Of a stretch of DNA of 64,000 nucleotides, positions 9,718-18,158 are shown piece by piece (within the stretch, counting starts at the first letter, position 1; the number at the start of each line of letters is the position of its first letter). The notes under the pieces were generated by a model. That model was not told the DNA's origin. It did not search any database and saw only the letters and a program-made list of their open reading frames with translations. The DNA comes from Bacteriovoracia bacterium (GTDB lineage Bacteria; Bdellovibrionota; UBA1018; JBFWNL01): NCBI GenBank assembly GCA_050251055.1, contig JBFWNL010000003.1:288001-352000 (forward strand), in the 5' to 3' direction. The translations under genes were made by a program, and so were the position numbers.

Positions 9718-10863
9718 TTAGGGATCCTTTATTTGGGCTCGCTGCGCGATTACGCTGACTAATATCACCGCCCAACAAGCGTACAAAAGCACAAAAACAT
9801 GCGGAAAAATAAAATAGTGCACCACCGCGCTATGGCGCATGAGCACGATCCACACGTAAGAAGCTACCAGCGCCAACCCGCTGGCGGCGGCGAACTGTGC
9901 CCGCCGGTGACGCGGCCCCAGATACAACCAGGCGGCTAAGAACGAGAGCGCCAACATCTGGAAGGCTCCGATACGGAAAAACCCTGCCACGTGTTGGCTA
10001 TACTCGAATACGAGCTTCAAAAGCGGCACGGGCGCGCCGCCCGAGCGCCCCAGATAGGTCGCGATCTGGTCTTGCCACGCATCCGAGAAGCTCGCCAAAA
10101 ACAAGGCCACTTGAGTAAAATGCACGGCATAACCTGCCAAAATCCCCAAACCCACGACAAACGAGTCGCGCAGGCCGCGCCGCCAATTCAGGCGCTCGGG
10201 CCGCAAGAGTCTCCCCACCAGGGGGGATGCGCAGATCACGAAGACGCTCGTGAATTGGACGTAAATCCCCGCAAAACCCAGCGCCCACCACCACGGCGTT
10301 TTCACCGCCTTACGCATACCGAGAGCCAATCCCGCCAAAGTCAGCGCGTCGGCGTACGAAACGCCCACGAGGGTCAAACCCCATTGATAAATGGCGGGGG
10401 CCAAAAAAAGTGGCAACGCCAAAGCCGCACGCGACCACGGCCAAGCGGGTACGACCTCGCGGGCGGCCGTTAAGATCAAAAAAAGCACCGCCGCGAGCGT
10501 GCATAGAAGCGGAAGCATGCGTGCGTAAGGAATCGTTGAATCATCCCCACCTAACAGACGGAATGGAATCCACGAAAGGTAACTGTCCCCCGGCAGATAG
10601 TGCGTGTAAACGAATGTTTCCCGCAGCTTCGCGATCGGCGTCTCATGGTTGAAGCCTTTAAAAACCGGGAGGCCGTAGGTCGGCCCGAAACCATCGCGCA
10701 AAAATTCGCGAATCCCCTCAATGGTCATTGCCTCCGCGGTGTGCTGAATGGCGGGCGACGGCCCGAAATGACGGATCAACGCCACTTCCTTCACGAGGAA
10801 AAGGACGCAAATAATAACGAATGCGGTTTTAGGGAACGAGCTGGCTTTCGCCAATCTTACCAA
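9718..10863 (-). CDS. Polytopic membrane protein, possibly a GT-C (ArnT/PMT-like) glycosyltransferase, lying between rpsG and fusA
   Basis: About 10 hydrophobic segments; periplasmic loop with YTHYLPG resembling the YxHYPP loop of ArnT-like proteins; start overlaps the rpsG stop. Confidence 0.6.
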   Translation of the reverse strand: MVRLAKASSFPKTAFVIICVLFLVKEVALIRHFGPSPAIQHTAEAMTIEGIREFLRDGFGPTYGLPVFKGFNHETPIAKLRETFVYTHYLPGDSYLSWIPFRLLGGDDSTIPYARMLPLLCTLAAVLFLILTAAREVVPAWPWSRAALALPLFLAPAIYQWGLTLVGVSYADALTLAGLALGMRKAVKTPWWWALGFAGIYVQFTSVFVICASPLVGRLLRPERLNWRRGLRDSFVVGLGILAGYAVHFTQVALFLASFSDAWQDQIATYLGRSGGAPVPLLKLVFEYSQHVAGFFRIGAFQMLALSFLAAWLYLGPRHRRAQFAAASGLALVASYVWIVLMRHSAVVHYFIFPHVFVLLYACWAVILVSVIAQRAQIKDP

Positions 10864-11330
10864 CGGAAGTGCGCGAACGCCTTGTTGGCATCAGCCATGC
10901 GGTGCACGTCTTCGCGCTTCTTCATGGCGCCGCCGCGGCCTTCGGAGGCCTCGAGGAATTCGCTGGCCAAACGTTCGGCCAAGGAGTTTTCCGTGCGGGC
11001 ACGCGCGGCTTCGATGATCCAGCGCGAAGAGAGCGATTGACGACGGCCCGGGGCGACTTCCACCGGAACCTGGTAGTTGGCTCCGCCGATACGACGGGAC
11101 TTCACTTCGAGCACGGGCTTGGCGTTTTCCAAAGCCTTCTTGAACACCTTAATGCCGTCTTCGGTCTTGGTGCGCTCTTGAATGATGTCGATCGCTTGGT
11201 AGAACACGCCTTCGACGAGGGCTTTCTTACCATCCTTCACGAGCGTATTGATGAACTTGGTTACAACGATGTCGTTGAACTTGGGATCCGGTTGAACTTC
11301 TCTTTTGGCGGCAGTCTTTTTACGACCCAT
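10857..11330 (-). CDS. rpsG: 30S ribosomal protein S7
   Basis: EVKSRRIGGANYQVPVEV and [15 protein letters not shown]. Confidence 0.99.
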   Translation of the reverse strand: MGRKKTAAKREVQPDPKFNDIVVTKFINTLVKDGKKALVEGVFYQAIDIIQERTKTEDGIKVFKKALENAKPVLEVKSRRIGGANYQVPVEVAPGRRQSLSSRWIIEAARARTENSLAERLASEFLEASEGRGGAMKKREDVHRMADANKAFAHFRW

Positions 11331-11364
11331 TTTCTTTCAATCCTTCTTTATAACTTTTGCTGGA

Positions 11365-11790
11365 TTAAGCTTTCGCCGGTTCCGCGGAAGCCGCGGCACC
11401 CGCCGCTGCGCCACCGCCGCCGCTCGGGCGCTTGGCGCCGTACTTCGAGCGACTTTGCTTACGACCCGCCACGCCTTGCGTGTCGAGCGTTCCGCGTACG
11501 GTGTGATAACGAACACCGGGAAGATCCTTCACGCGGCCGCCGCGAATGAGCACGATCGAGTGCTCTTGCAGGTTGTGGCCGACGCCTGGAATATAAGAAG
11601 TGACTTCGAAACCGTTGGTCAATTTCACGCGGCAAACTTTGCGAAGCGCGGAGTTCGGTTTCTTAGGAGTCGTCGTGTAAACGCGCGTGCAAACGCCGCG
11701 GCGCTGGGGACATTTTTCAAGCGCGGGGGCGCTGGTTTTCCAAACTTTGCGCTGCCGGCCCGCACGGATGAGCTGATTAATCGTAGGCAT
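11365..11790 (-). CDS. rpsL: 30S ribosomal protein S12 with Gly/Ala-rich C-terminal extension
   Basis: [32 protein letters not shown]. Confidence 0.99.
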   Translation of the reverse strand: MPTINQLIRAGRQRKVWKTSAPALEKCPQRRGVCTRVYTTTPKKPNSALRKVCRVKLTNGFEVTSYIPGVGHNLQEHSIVLIRGGRVKDLPGVRYHTVRGTLDTQGVAGRKQSRSKYGAKRPSGGGGAAAGAAASAEPAKA

Positions 11791-11823
11791 TACTATCCTC
11801 TCTGTAATTTCTGTAAGGCGGTG

Positions 11824-11852
11824 AAAATAGACGACTCCCCTGGTTGAGTCAA
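11824..11852 (-). promoter_or_regulatory. sigma70-type promoter of the str operon
   Basis: TTGACT-N17-TATTTT on the - strand upstream of rpsL. Confidence 0.6.
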
Positions 11853-11928
11853 GCGAACTATCAGGCCTTATTTCTAAGCATATTTCGACTCAAGCGAAGC
11901 GCGCGTCTGTGGCTTCCGTTTTTAATTA

Positions 11929-11957
11929 TTGACCAAAAAAGTCTGTTTTAGTAGGTT
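11929..11957 (+). promoter_or_regulatory. sigma70-type promoter of the patatin-like gene
   Basis: TTGACC-N17-TAGGTT; AGGAG SD before ATG 12013. Confidence 0.45.
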
Positions 11958-12012
11958 GCTCACCATCGGGTAGCCAAAAGAGTCTAAATCAGGCGTAAGC
12001 AGGAGTTCGTTT

Positions 12013-13806
12013 ATGTGGAATTTCAGCACTATCCCGAGCATTTACATCATTCTGACCTTCATCCCTAGCTTGGCCCTCGCCAATCCCATCGACTACGCTA
12101 TTGAGCTGGTAGGCGTCGAAGCGAGCGCCAGTGCGGACAGCTTTTCCGCCAGCGATCTCTCTTTTTCCGCCGCTATCCCCACCCGGCCGGATCTCGGAAC
12201 CTTCCCCCTGCACCCCCCCGGTAAAGTACTTGAGGTGGGCTCGAAAGAATCAATCCCGGTTCAAGGCCGCCGCCTTGTCTTGCCGGCCGGAGCCGCCATC
12301 CACCCGGAAAACAGCGATGATCTGTTGGTACCCTTGGAAATCTTCATCTTCGATCGAGACATTTCCTACTGGCGGATGCGAACGGTGGAAACCCCGCTGG
12401 TCGTGCGTCGCCGGCTCCACTTACGGTGGAGTCCCCGCGTGAATCCCGGCCAGCCACAGGTCATCACCACCGTCTTTCTCTCCGACGACAAGGGAATCCT
12501 ATTTACGCTCACGTTCCACGCCCACGTCGTAAACACCGAAGCTTCACGGCACCGGTTTCAGGCTGCGAAGAAAGTGATCGAAGACCATGCCTACCGCTGG
12601 CTCGCTCCAATCGACCGGACCAGCAAGGATTGGCTCTTCTTAGAGAACCCCGCCACGGCGGCGAAGCGCTACGATCGCGCGCTCATCTGGGTGGGCGGCG
12701 GCTTGAATACGGGCTATTTCCTCGGCATGCTCGACGGCGCGATCGAATCCAACTGGAAGCCCGACGTGATCGTCGCTACTTGTGGTTCCAGCCTAGCCGG
12801 CGCGATCGCGCACCATGCGCAATCCTCGGCGGAAATGCGTCAAGTGGTCGAGAGCCGCGAATTCTACGAGCTACTGCAGAAAGTCGAAGGCAACAACACC
12901 GAGCTCTTGGGCGTAGGCATGAAGGTCCTGGAACTGATGTGGGCGAATCGGGTTTCTGGCTCTATTCCTGCCCTCGACGAAGGCCACATCTTTCATATGG
13001 ATCCACACGGCTTGCCCGGCGACCTCTTAAAAGACCGCTTTCGTTCAGAAGGTATTCGTCTGTTGGTCGTCGGCGCCAAGGCGAACCGAAGCGGAAAAAA
13101 AATCCAGAGCTTCACCCCCACCTATTTCACCGACGCCCAGACGGGCGCGTTGCTGAAAGACTTCCTTTATCCGCTCGCTCGCCAGTTCCCCGACTCCAAA
13201 ATGACCGAGAAAGGGCTGGTGGTTACGAGCCTCGATACCTCGCAGGCCATTCGGGCCACAATATCGGATGCCTACCTCATCAACCCGCTGGAGCTACCGA
13301 ACGGCGAAGTTTATGGCGCCGGCGCGCACATGCTTCATCCGCTGGAGCTTGGGCCTACTCTCGCACGCGAAAGCATGATGATGTTTCCGGGATCTTTTGG
13401 CTTCGTCCCCCAGGAAACATTGAAAGCCGCCTGGGGTATAGACAATAATGAACGGGTCCGCCACGTCACCTCCCAGTACGCTGACTACTGGATCGACGGC
13501 TCGGACAATCCGTTTGCCCCGATCGCGAACTTCAACGAACATCTCGATCTCGGCGCCGCCGACGGACACAAGGTGTGGATCGGGTTACCCAATCGCTTTG
13601 AAGAATACGTCCGAGGTGTCCGCCTACAATGGGAAGAGGGCCGCCTGCGCGCGATAGAAGCCCTGAGTGCTCCGTACAAGAACGACAAGGCTCACATCCG
13701 GCAGATGAACGAAGCCAACACGAGCAAGGAAACCCGCGAAGCCGTGGCCAAGTATCGCAAGCGGCGGCAAACCCTCCCCGCCGCACGCGCAAAAGGCTTA
13801 AATTAA
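12013..13806 (+). CDS. Exported patatin-like phospholipase with atypical catalytic motifs
   Basis: Signal peptide; Gly-rich loop WVGGGLNTGYFLGMLD followed by PDVIVATCGSSLAG (Cys where GxSxG has Ser). Confidence 0.65.
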   Translation: MWNFSTIPSIYIILTFIPSLALANPIDYAIELVGVEASASADSFSASDLSFSAAIPTRPDLGTFPLHPPGKVLEVGSKESIPVQGRRLVLPAGAAIHPENSDDLLVPLEIFIFDRDISYWRMRTVETPLVVRRRLHLRWSPRVNPGQPQVITTVFLSDDKGILFTLTFHAHVVNTEASRHRFQAAKKVIEDHAYRWLAPIDRTSKDWLFLENPATAAKRYDRALIWVGGGLNTGYFLGMLDGAIESNWKPDVIVATCGSSLAGAIAHHAQSSAEMRQVVESREFYELLQKVEGNNTELLGVGMKVLELMWANRVSGSIPALDEGHIFHMDPHGLPGDLLKDRFRSEGIRLLVVGAKANRSGKKIQSFTPTYFTDAQTGALLKDFLYPLARQFPDSKMTEKGLVVTSLDTSQAIRATISDAYLINPLELPNGEVYGAGAHMLHPLELGPTLARESMMMFPGSFGFVPQETLKAAWGIDNNERVRHVTSQYADYWIDGSDNPFAPIANFNEHLDLGAADGHKVWIGLPNRFEEYVRGVRLQWEEGRLRAIEALSAPYKNDKAHIRQMNEANTSKETREAVAKYRKRRQTLPAARAKGLN

Positions 13807-13820
13807 GCCCCAGTAAATTG

Positions 13821-13849
13821 TTGACAAATTAAGTATGATTTAATATGTT
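13821..13849 (+). promoter_or_regulatory. sigma70-type promoter of the tandem paralog pair
   Basis: TTGACA-N17-TATGTT. Confidence 0.6.
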
Positions 13850-13896
13850 CGAGCCCGTTTGGTTAAATCGAATCTTGTTCGGGCAGGAAGGCTACT

Positions 13897-15381
13897 GTGG
13901 CTATTTTTAATGTAGTTTTAGCTATTTATATCGCGTTTAGCGCTGCCTCTGCGATCGCTAATCCAGAGCGCTTTGAACACTCTGAAACCCTCGCCATCGA
14001 AGGAACCGGGGAGGAGACCTTCTACCAGATCGACCACCAGTTGGATTGTGGCGGACGAGCGAGCCCAACGTTGCCGGGCTTAGTCGGCACCGTTCACCTC
14101 GGAGGCGGCAAGGCGATCTGGTTTGACCTCTTTCAAGGCAAGTCCCGCACCCTCGTCTCGCTGGGCCGCCCTCGGCAAGCCACGACCCTCACCGTGGACA
14201 TCTGGAACCGCCGCGGCCAAGACTGCCGAGTCGCCCAGTTCACCACGCAGATCGTGAAAGTCGATGTCAGCCAGGCGAACCTGGAGCAAAACATCCATGC
14301 TACAGCGCTGCTGCATTCCCCTTATATCGTCATCCGAAAAGACCAGAGCATGAACCGCAACACCGACGTGCCCCTGGAACTGGTTTACCACGTGGAACGG
14401 GACGCCGCGAAGAAGACCATCACGATTCGCTACACGACTTTTTTCTCCGACGAAAACTCCAAGACCGCGGCCAGCGACAGCGAAGGGCAAATGTCCCGCT
14501 ACGGCCGCACGAGCGACATTGAGTGGACGTACGAAGTGATTTTCGACCAGGTAAGCGGCAAGAAGCTCGACGCACGTTACCAGGGCGGTTTTACCGATAA
14601 AGTACGCGGATGGAACCCGCTGAACTGGCAACTGTCCGGCGACCACAGTAGCCACTCCTTCAATGGCGAATATGCCGACGGCACCGACCACCCGGTTCTC
14701 TACAACATCGCCGATAACAACGTGTTCTCTGATCGCGCCGGCGGAGAAAGCCTGACTAACGCCCGCGTGACCTACCGCCTGGGACTGGCGGAACAGTCAA
14801 ACGTTCCTTCGCCGCTCGCCCGCGAGCGGTTCCAACAAAGCCCCGCCGGTCAGTACATGTACCTGGTTTGCGACAAAGAGTGCGAGCTGGAAAACAAAGC
14901 CGCCGGCACCGCGGAGGACTATCTCTACATAGCGGTACGCGGAAAGCTCAGCCCGAGCGGAACCCTCTTCAACGCCCGCAACGGCGCGTTCAAGATCAAG
15001 ACGTATCTCTTCGATGTCTGGGTCAATGCCCAAGATGACGGCGTGGTGCACGACCGCAAGTTCCAGCTGGACCGGACCATCGAAAGCAATCGCAGCTGTG
15101 ACCGAATGGGCGAGGACATGCACGGCCAAGAATCCACTCCCGCCATCCGGATCGGCAAGGCCGACCTCGACGCCGTCGCGAGCGGCAAAAAAATGATTTA
15201 CCTGCGGTTTACCGACGCGCGATTCGCGGGCACGACCGAAAAGTTCGCCGTCGATGAGCTTTCCGTCTTCCGTATGGTGTGGAATCCTGAAATGGGATCC
15301 TACGAAAAGCAGCCTTGGAAAATCGCCGGCGGCACGCTCGACGGCTTCCGATCGGGCCTCGTGGTCTCCCCGGCCCGATAA
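13897..15381 (+). CDS. Exported hypothetical protein (paralog A)
   Basis: Signal peptide; shares HSPY-TDxPLELVY-RYTxFFSDE-RYGRxxDIEWxYEV-HPxLYN-NNVF motifs with the next gene. Confidence 0.75.
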   Translation: MAIFNVVLAIYIAFSAASAIANPERFEHSETLAIEGTGEETFYQIDHQLDCGGRASPTLPGLVGTVHLGGGKAIWFDLFQGKSRTLVSLGRPRQATTLTVDIWNRRGQDCRVAQFTTQIVKVDVSQANLEQNIHATALLHSPYIVIRKDQSMNRNTDVPLELVYHVERDAAKKTITIRYTTFFSDENSKTAASDSEGQMSRYGRTSDIEWTYEVIFDQVSGKKLDARYQGGFTDKVRGWNPLNWQLSGDHSSHSFNGEYADGTDHPVLYNIADNNVFSDRAGGESLTNARVTYRLGLAEQSNVPSPLARERFQQSPAGQYMYLVCDKECELENKAAGTAEDYLYIAVRGKLSPSGTLFNARNGAFKIKTYLFDVWVNAQDDGVVHDRKFQLDRTIESNRSCDRMGEDMHGQESTPAIRIGKADLDAVASGKKMIYLRFTDARFAGTTEKFAVDELSVFRMVWNPEMGSYEKQPWKIAGGTLDGFRSGLVVSPAR

Positions 15382-15384
15382 ACT

Positions 15385-16785
15385 ATGTGGATAATCGCCT
15401 GGACGCTGTTGAATTTCGCCGCTGCGGAAACCATCTACGAAGTGAATTACCGCATTCACTGCGGCGAATCTCCACGAGAGGCGCAAGCCCTGCCGGGTTT
15501 TCAGGGGACCCTGAAGTTCGAGTCAGGCGGCCTGGCTCGCGAAATCCGTTTCGACCTTTTTCAAGGTAAGGAAAAGACTTTGGTCTCACTGGGAGACACG
15601 GCCGCCCAGCCCGAAGTCACTCTCCTACCCCATGCCGGAACCCGCTGCCGCCTGGAAAAGACCGCCACGACACTCAACCAGGTAGACCTTTCACGCGCAG
15701 ATTTGGACGCAAACCTCTACCTAACGGCCCTGCGCCATTCCCCTTACCTCGTCGTCCGTCGCGACCAGGTCGAAAATCGGGGCACGGATCTGCCCCTCGA
15801 GCTGGTTTACAGCCTACATGAGAACGCGGACGCGGGGACCGTCACCCTCCGTTACACCGTGTTTTTCTCGGACGAGGATTCCAAACGCTCGGCGGCCGAC
15901 GTGAAGGGCCAACTCGCACGCTACGGCCGCAGCACCGATATTGAGTGGGCTTACGAGGTGGTTTTCTCGCGGAAAGACGGCGCAGTCTTGGGCCGCTACT
16001 TCCAGGGCGGCTTCGGCGACAAATCGCGCACGGGCGATCTCGCGGGCGATCATGCTCGTGTTTCCTTTCAAGGAAAATACTGGGGCGGAACCGCGCATCC
16101 CATTCTCTACAACTTCGCCAAAAACAACGTGTTCGCCGATGCTCCGAAAGCGATGGCCGAGGCGGATCGCTATATCGCGTATCACCCTTCGCTGACGCCC
16201 GATGCGCGTATCCAAACGCCCGAGGCGCGCGAAGCTTTCCAATTTAGTCCCGCCGGCTCGTATATGACCGCGGTCAGCGAGATCGAAACCCGGTTAGAGG
16301 GAAAGTCGCCAGGCACGGTGAGCGACTACCTGTTCGCCACCGTGCGCGGGACCTTGCTGCCCAATCAAACGCCATTCAACTTTTCCAATGGCGCATTTAA
16401 CATTAGCGTCGACATGAAAGGCACGCGCGAGTCTTTCGGTCGCTTCGGCACCGAGCAGAAAGTCGATCGCTTGGGTGAGGACATGTTCCAGCAGGAGTCC
16501 ATCGCCGGCATCAGGTTAACGGGCGGGCTACTCGATGGCCTGACCGCCGCGGGCGGGCTTACGGCGGAGATCGCTTTTTCCGATGCGCGCGCCTTCGGCC
16601 GGACGGAGAAATTCGAAATCGCCCGCCTGGGCTGCTTCCGCCTGCGCTGGAACCCGCAAACGCAACGCTACGAAACCCAAACCCTGCCGGTGCTTACGCA
16701 AAAACTCGAGGGATTTGGTTCCACGGTACGCCTCGGCCGCGAGCGCCTACTCGCGGAAGATGCGCCGAGCGAGTCAGTAAAGTGA
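15385..16785 (+). CDS. Exported hypothetical protein (paralog B)
   Basis: 3-bp gap after paralog A; colinear similarity over the full length; short signal-like N-terminus. Confidence 0.75.
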   Translation: MWIIAWTLLNFAAAETIYEVNYRIHCGESPREAQALPGFQGTLKFESGGLAREIRFDLFQGKEKTLVSLGDTAAQPEVTLLPHAGTRCRLEKTATTLNQVDLSRADLDANLYLTALRHSPYLVVRRDQVENRGTDLPLELVYSLHENADAGTVTLRYTVFFSDEDSKRSAADVKGQLARYGRSTDIEWAYEVVFSRKDGAVLGRYFQGGFGDKSRTGDLAGDHARVSFQGKYWGGTAHPILYNFAKNNVFADAPKAMAEADRYIAYHPSLTPDARIQTPEAREAFQFSPAGSYMTAVSEIETRLEGKSPGTVSDYLFATVRGTLLPNQTPFNFSNGAFNISVDMKGTRESFGRFGTEQKVDRLGEDMFQQESIAGIRLTGGLLDGLTAAGGLTAEIAFSDARAFGRTEKFEIARLGCFRLRWNPQTQRYETQTLPVLTQKLEGFGSTVRLGRERLLAEDAPSESVK

Positions 16786-17919
16786 ATATTTCTCGTTGAG
16801 ATAGCTTTCGACGAGATCGCGCTCGTTCTCCAGCAACAGATCGTCGTAAAGCAGGATCTCGGAGATTTCTCCATAGAGGCTGAAGTCGGAATCCTCGCCA
16901 ATGAGGCTCGACTTCATCCCTAACGTGACGGGTCCGCTATGCTTGGCGCGGCTCTTGGCTTCGGCGATCTCGGAAGCCGTGAGCTGGCGCAGGGAAATCG
17001 CCGCCGCCGGGAAAAAACCGTCGTCGCCGTTGATCCGCACCCGTTGCTGCGCCCCAAAGATGATTTCTCCCGTGTAAAGCACGGGAGCCTTGCCAAAACC
17101 GTGTTTGCCGTCGGCGCAGCTATTGGCGCCCCCGTGGGCACCCGGAGTCGCGATACCCACCGTGTCTACGTCGTAGGCGAATCCGTAATGCTCGCCCTCC
17201 GCGTCCCCGAACATCAGAAAGTAGGGGCGTGCCGAATCTTTAAAACTTCTCAGCACGGAAAACGCGGAAAACCCGTAGTTTTTTGCATAAACGTAATTGG
17301 CGCCGAGCGTGAGATACTGCTTCTCGCCGTCGAATTCGACCGCCGGTAAGTCACCCGCGCCCGATTTCACGAACCGCGGGGGCGTGCGCTCGTTCGTCGC
17401 GTGCCGATCGTGCCCGCTCTCGTCCCGCCACCGCACGACGGTGCGTTGATCACGCGAACCATCTAGGGTCAACGACTCGGGCCGCAGCCAAAGCGCCGGC
17501 GCCCCAAGATTCAGCAGGGAGGCATCCTGCCCGAATCCATTCGCGTCCGTCACGCGCACCCGAACCGTTTCGACGCGTGCCGAGGCCGTGAGCACGCCGG
17601 TCACGGAACCAATCGTGCTCGCACCCGCAGTGACGGAAAACTGATACGGAGCGGTGCCACCCGTCGCCGAAAAGGTGGCCGTCTGCCCGGAGCGAGTCAC
17701 GGAAACGCTCGCGGTTAGACCGATGGAAGGTGGCTCGATCGGACCGGGAGGCTCTTCCTCGGTGGGCGCGGCGGGCGTAGGCTCTGGCCCCACCCTAAAA
17801 CTCTTGGGGACCCCTTGAACCGTACAAGCGCCTAAACCCAACACGCCCAGCAGCCAAAGGGTCTGCCCCAAAGACTGGCCCAGATGATTGCCCCGTTGCT
17901 TCATTGTCTTAAGCGACAT
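16774..17919 (-). CDS. Lipoprotein with one Ig-like repeat and a LamG/concanavalin-A-like C-terminal domain
   Basis: Lipobox LGLGAC; FSATGGTAPYQFSV...VRVTDANG repeat; PALWL...WRDESGHDRHA...GEISEILLYD...YLNEKY. Confidence 0.75.
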   Translation of the reverse strand: MSLKTMKQRGNHLGQSLGQTLWLLGVLGLGACTVQGVPKSFRVGPEPTPAAPTEEEPPGPIEPPSIGLTASVSVTRSGQTATFSATGGTAPYQFSVTAGASTIGSVTGVLTASARVETVRVRVTDANGFGQDASLLNLGAPALWLRPESLTLDGSRDQRTVVRWRDESGHDRHATNERTPPRFVKSGAGDLPAVEFDGEKQYLTLGANYVYAKNYGFSAFSVLRSFKDSARPYFLMFGDAEGEHYGFAYDVDTVGIATPGAHGGANSCADGKHGFGKAPVLYTGEIIFGAQQRVRINGDDGFFPAAAISLRQLTASEIAEAKSRAKHSGPVTLGMKSSLIGEDSDFSLYGEISEILLYDDLLLENERDLVESYLNEKYSLY

Positions 17920-18110
17920 CCCACTCCCCTCATCCTCTTTTCGACCAAATTTTCAAGATACCTTAACCTTCACAATAGAGCCGTATGTCCTGCTTAACCT
18001 GTCAATTAACTAGTCAGAATAAAACAGTTATTCTAAATAGCTGAATATTATTATGCTTTTTTATTAACTCTATTTAAATTAAATCAATAACTTCATATTG
18101 TTAACCAATA

Positions 18111-18139
18111 TTGACTTTAAAGGGTCGGATACCGATAAT
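18111..18139 (+). promoter_or_regulatory. sigma70-type promoter of the large adhesin
   Basis: TTGACT-N17-GATAAT in an AT-rich divergent intergenic region. Confidence 0.6.
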
Positions 18140-18158
18140 AATCTAAGGACGTAAGTGG

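Noticed and set aside
11500-11680. Streptomycin-resistance alleles in rpsL
   Set aside because: PKKPNS and GRVKDLPG are the wild-type motifs
17925-18140. FliA (sigma28) promoters for the adhesin pair (CCGATAA at 18132; GTCGAAAA on the - strand)
   Set aside because: Spacing to a TAAA-like -35 does not fit the 15-bp consensus; a sigma70 reading fits the + strand better
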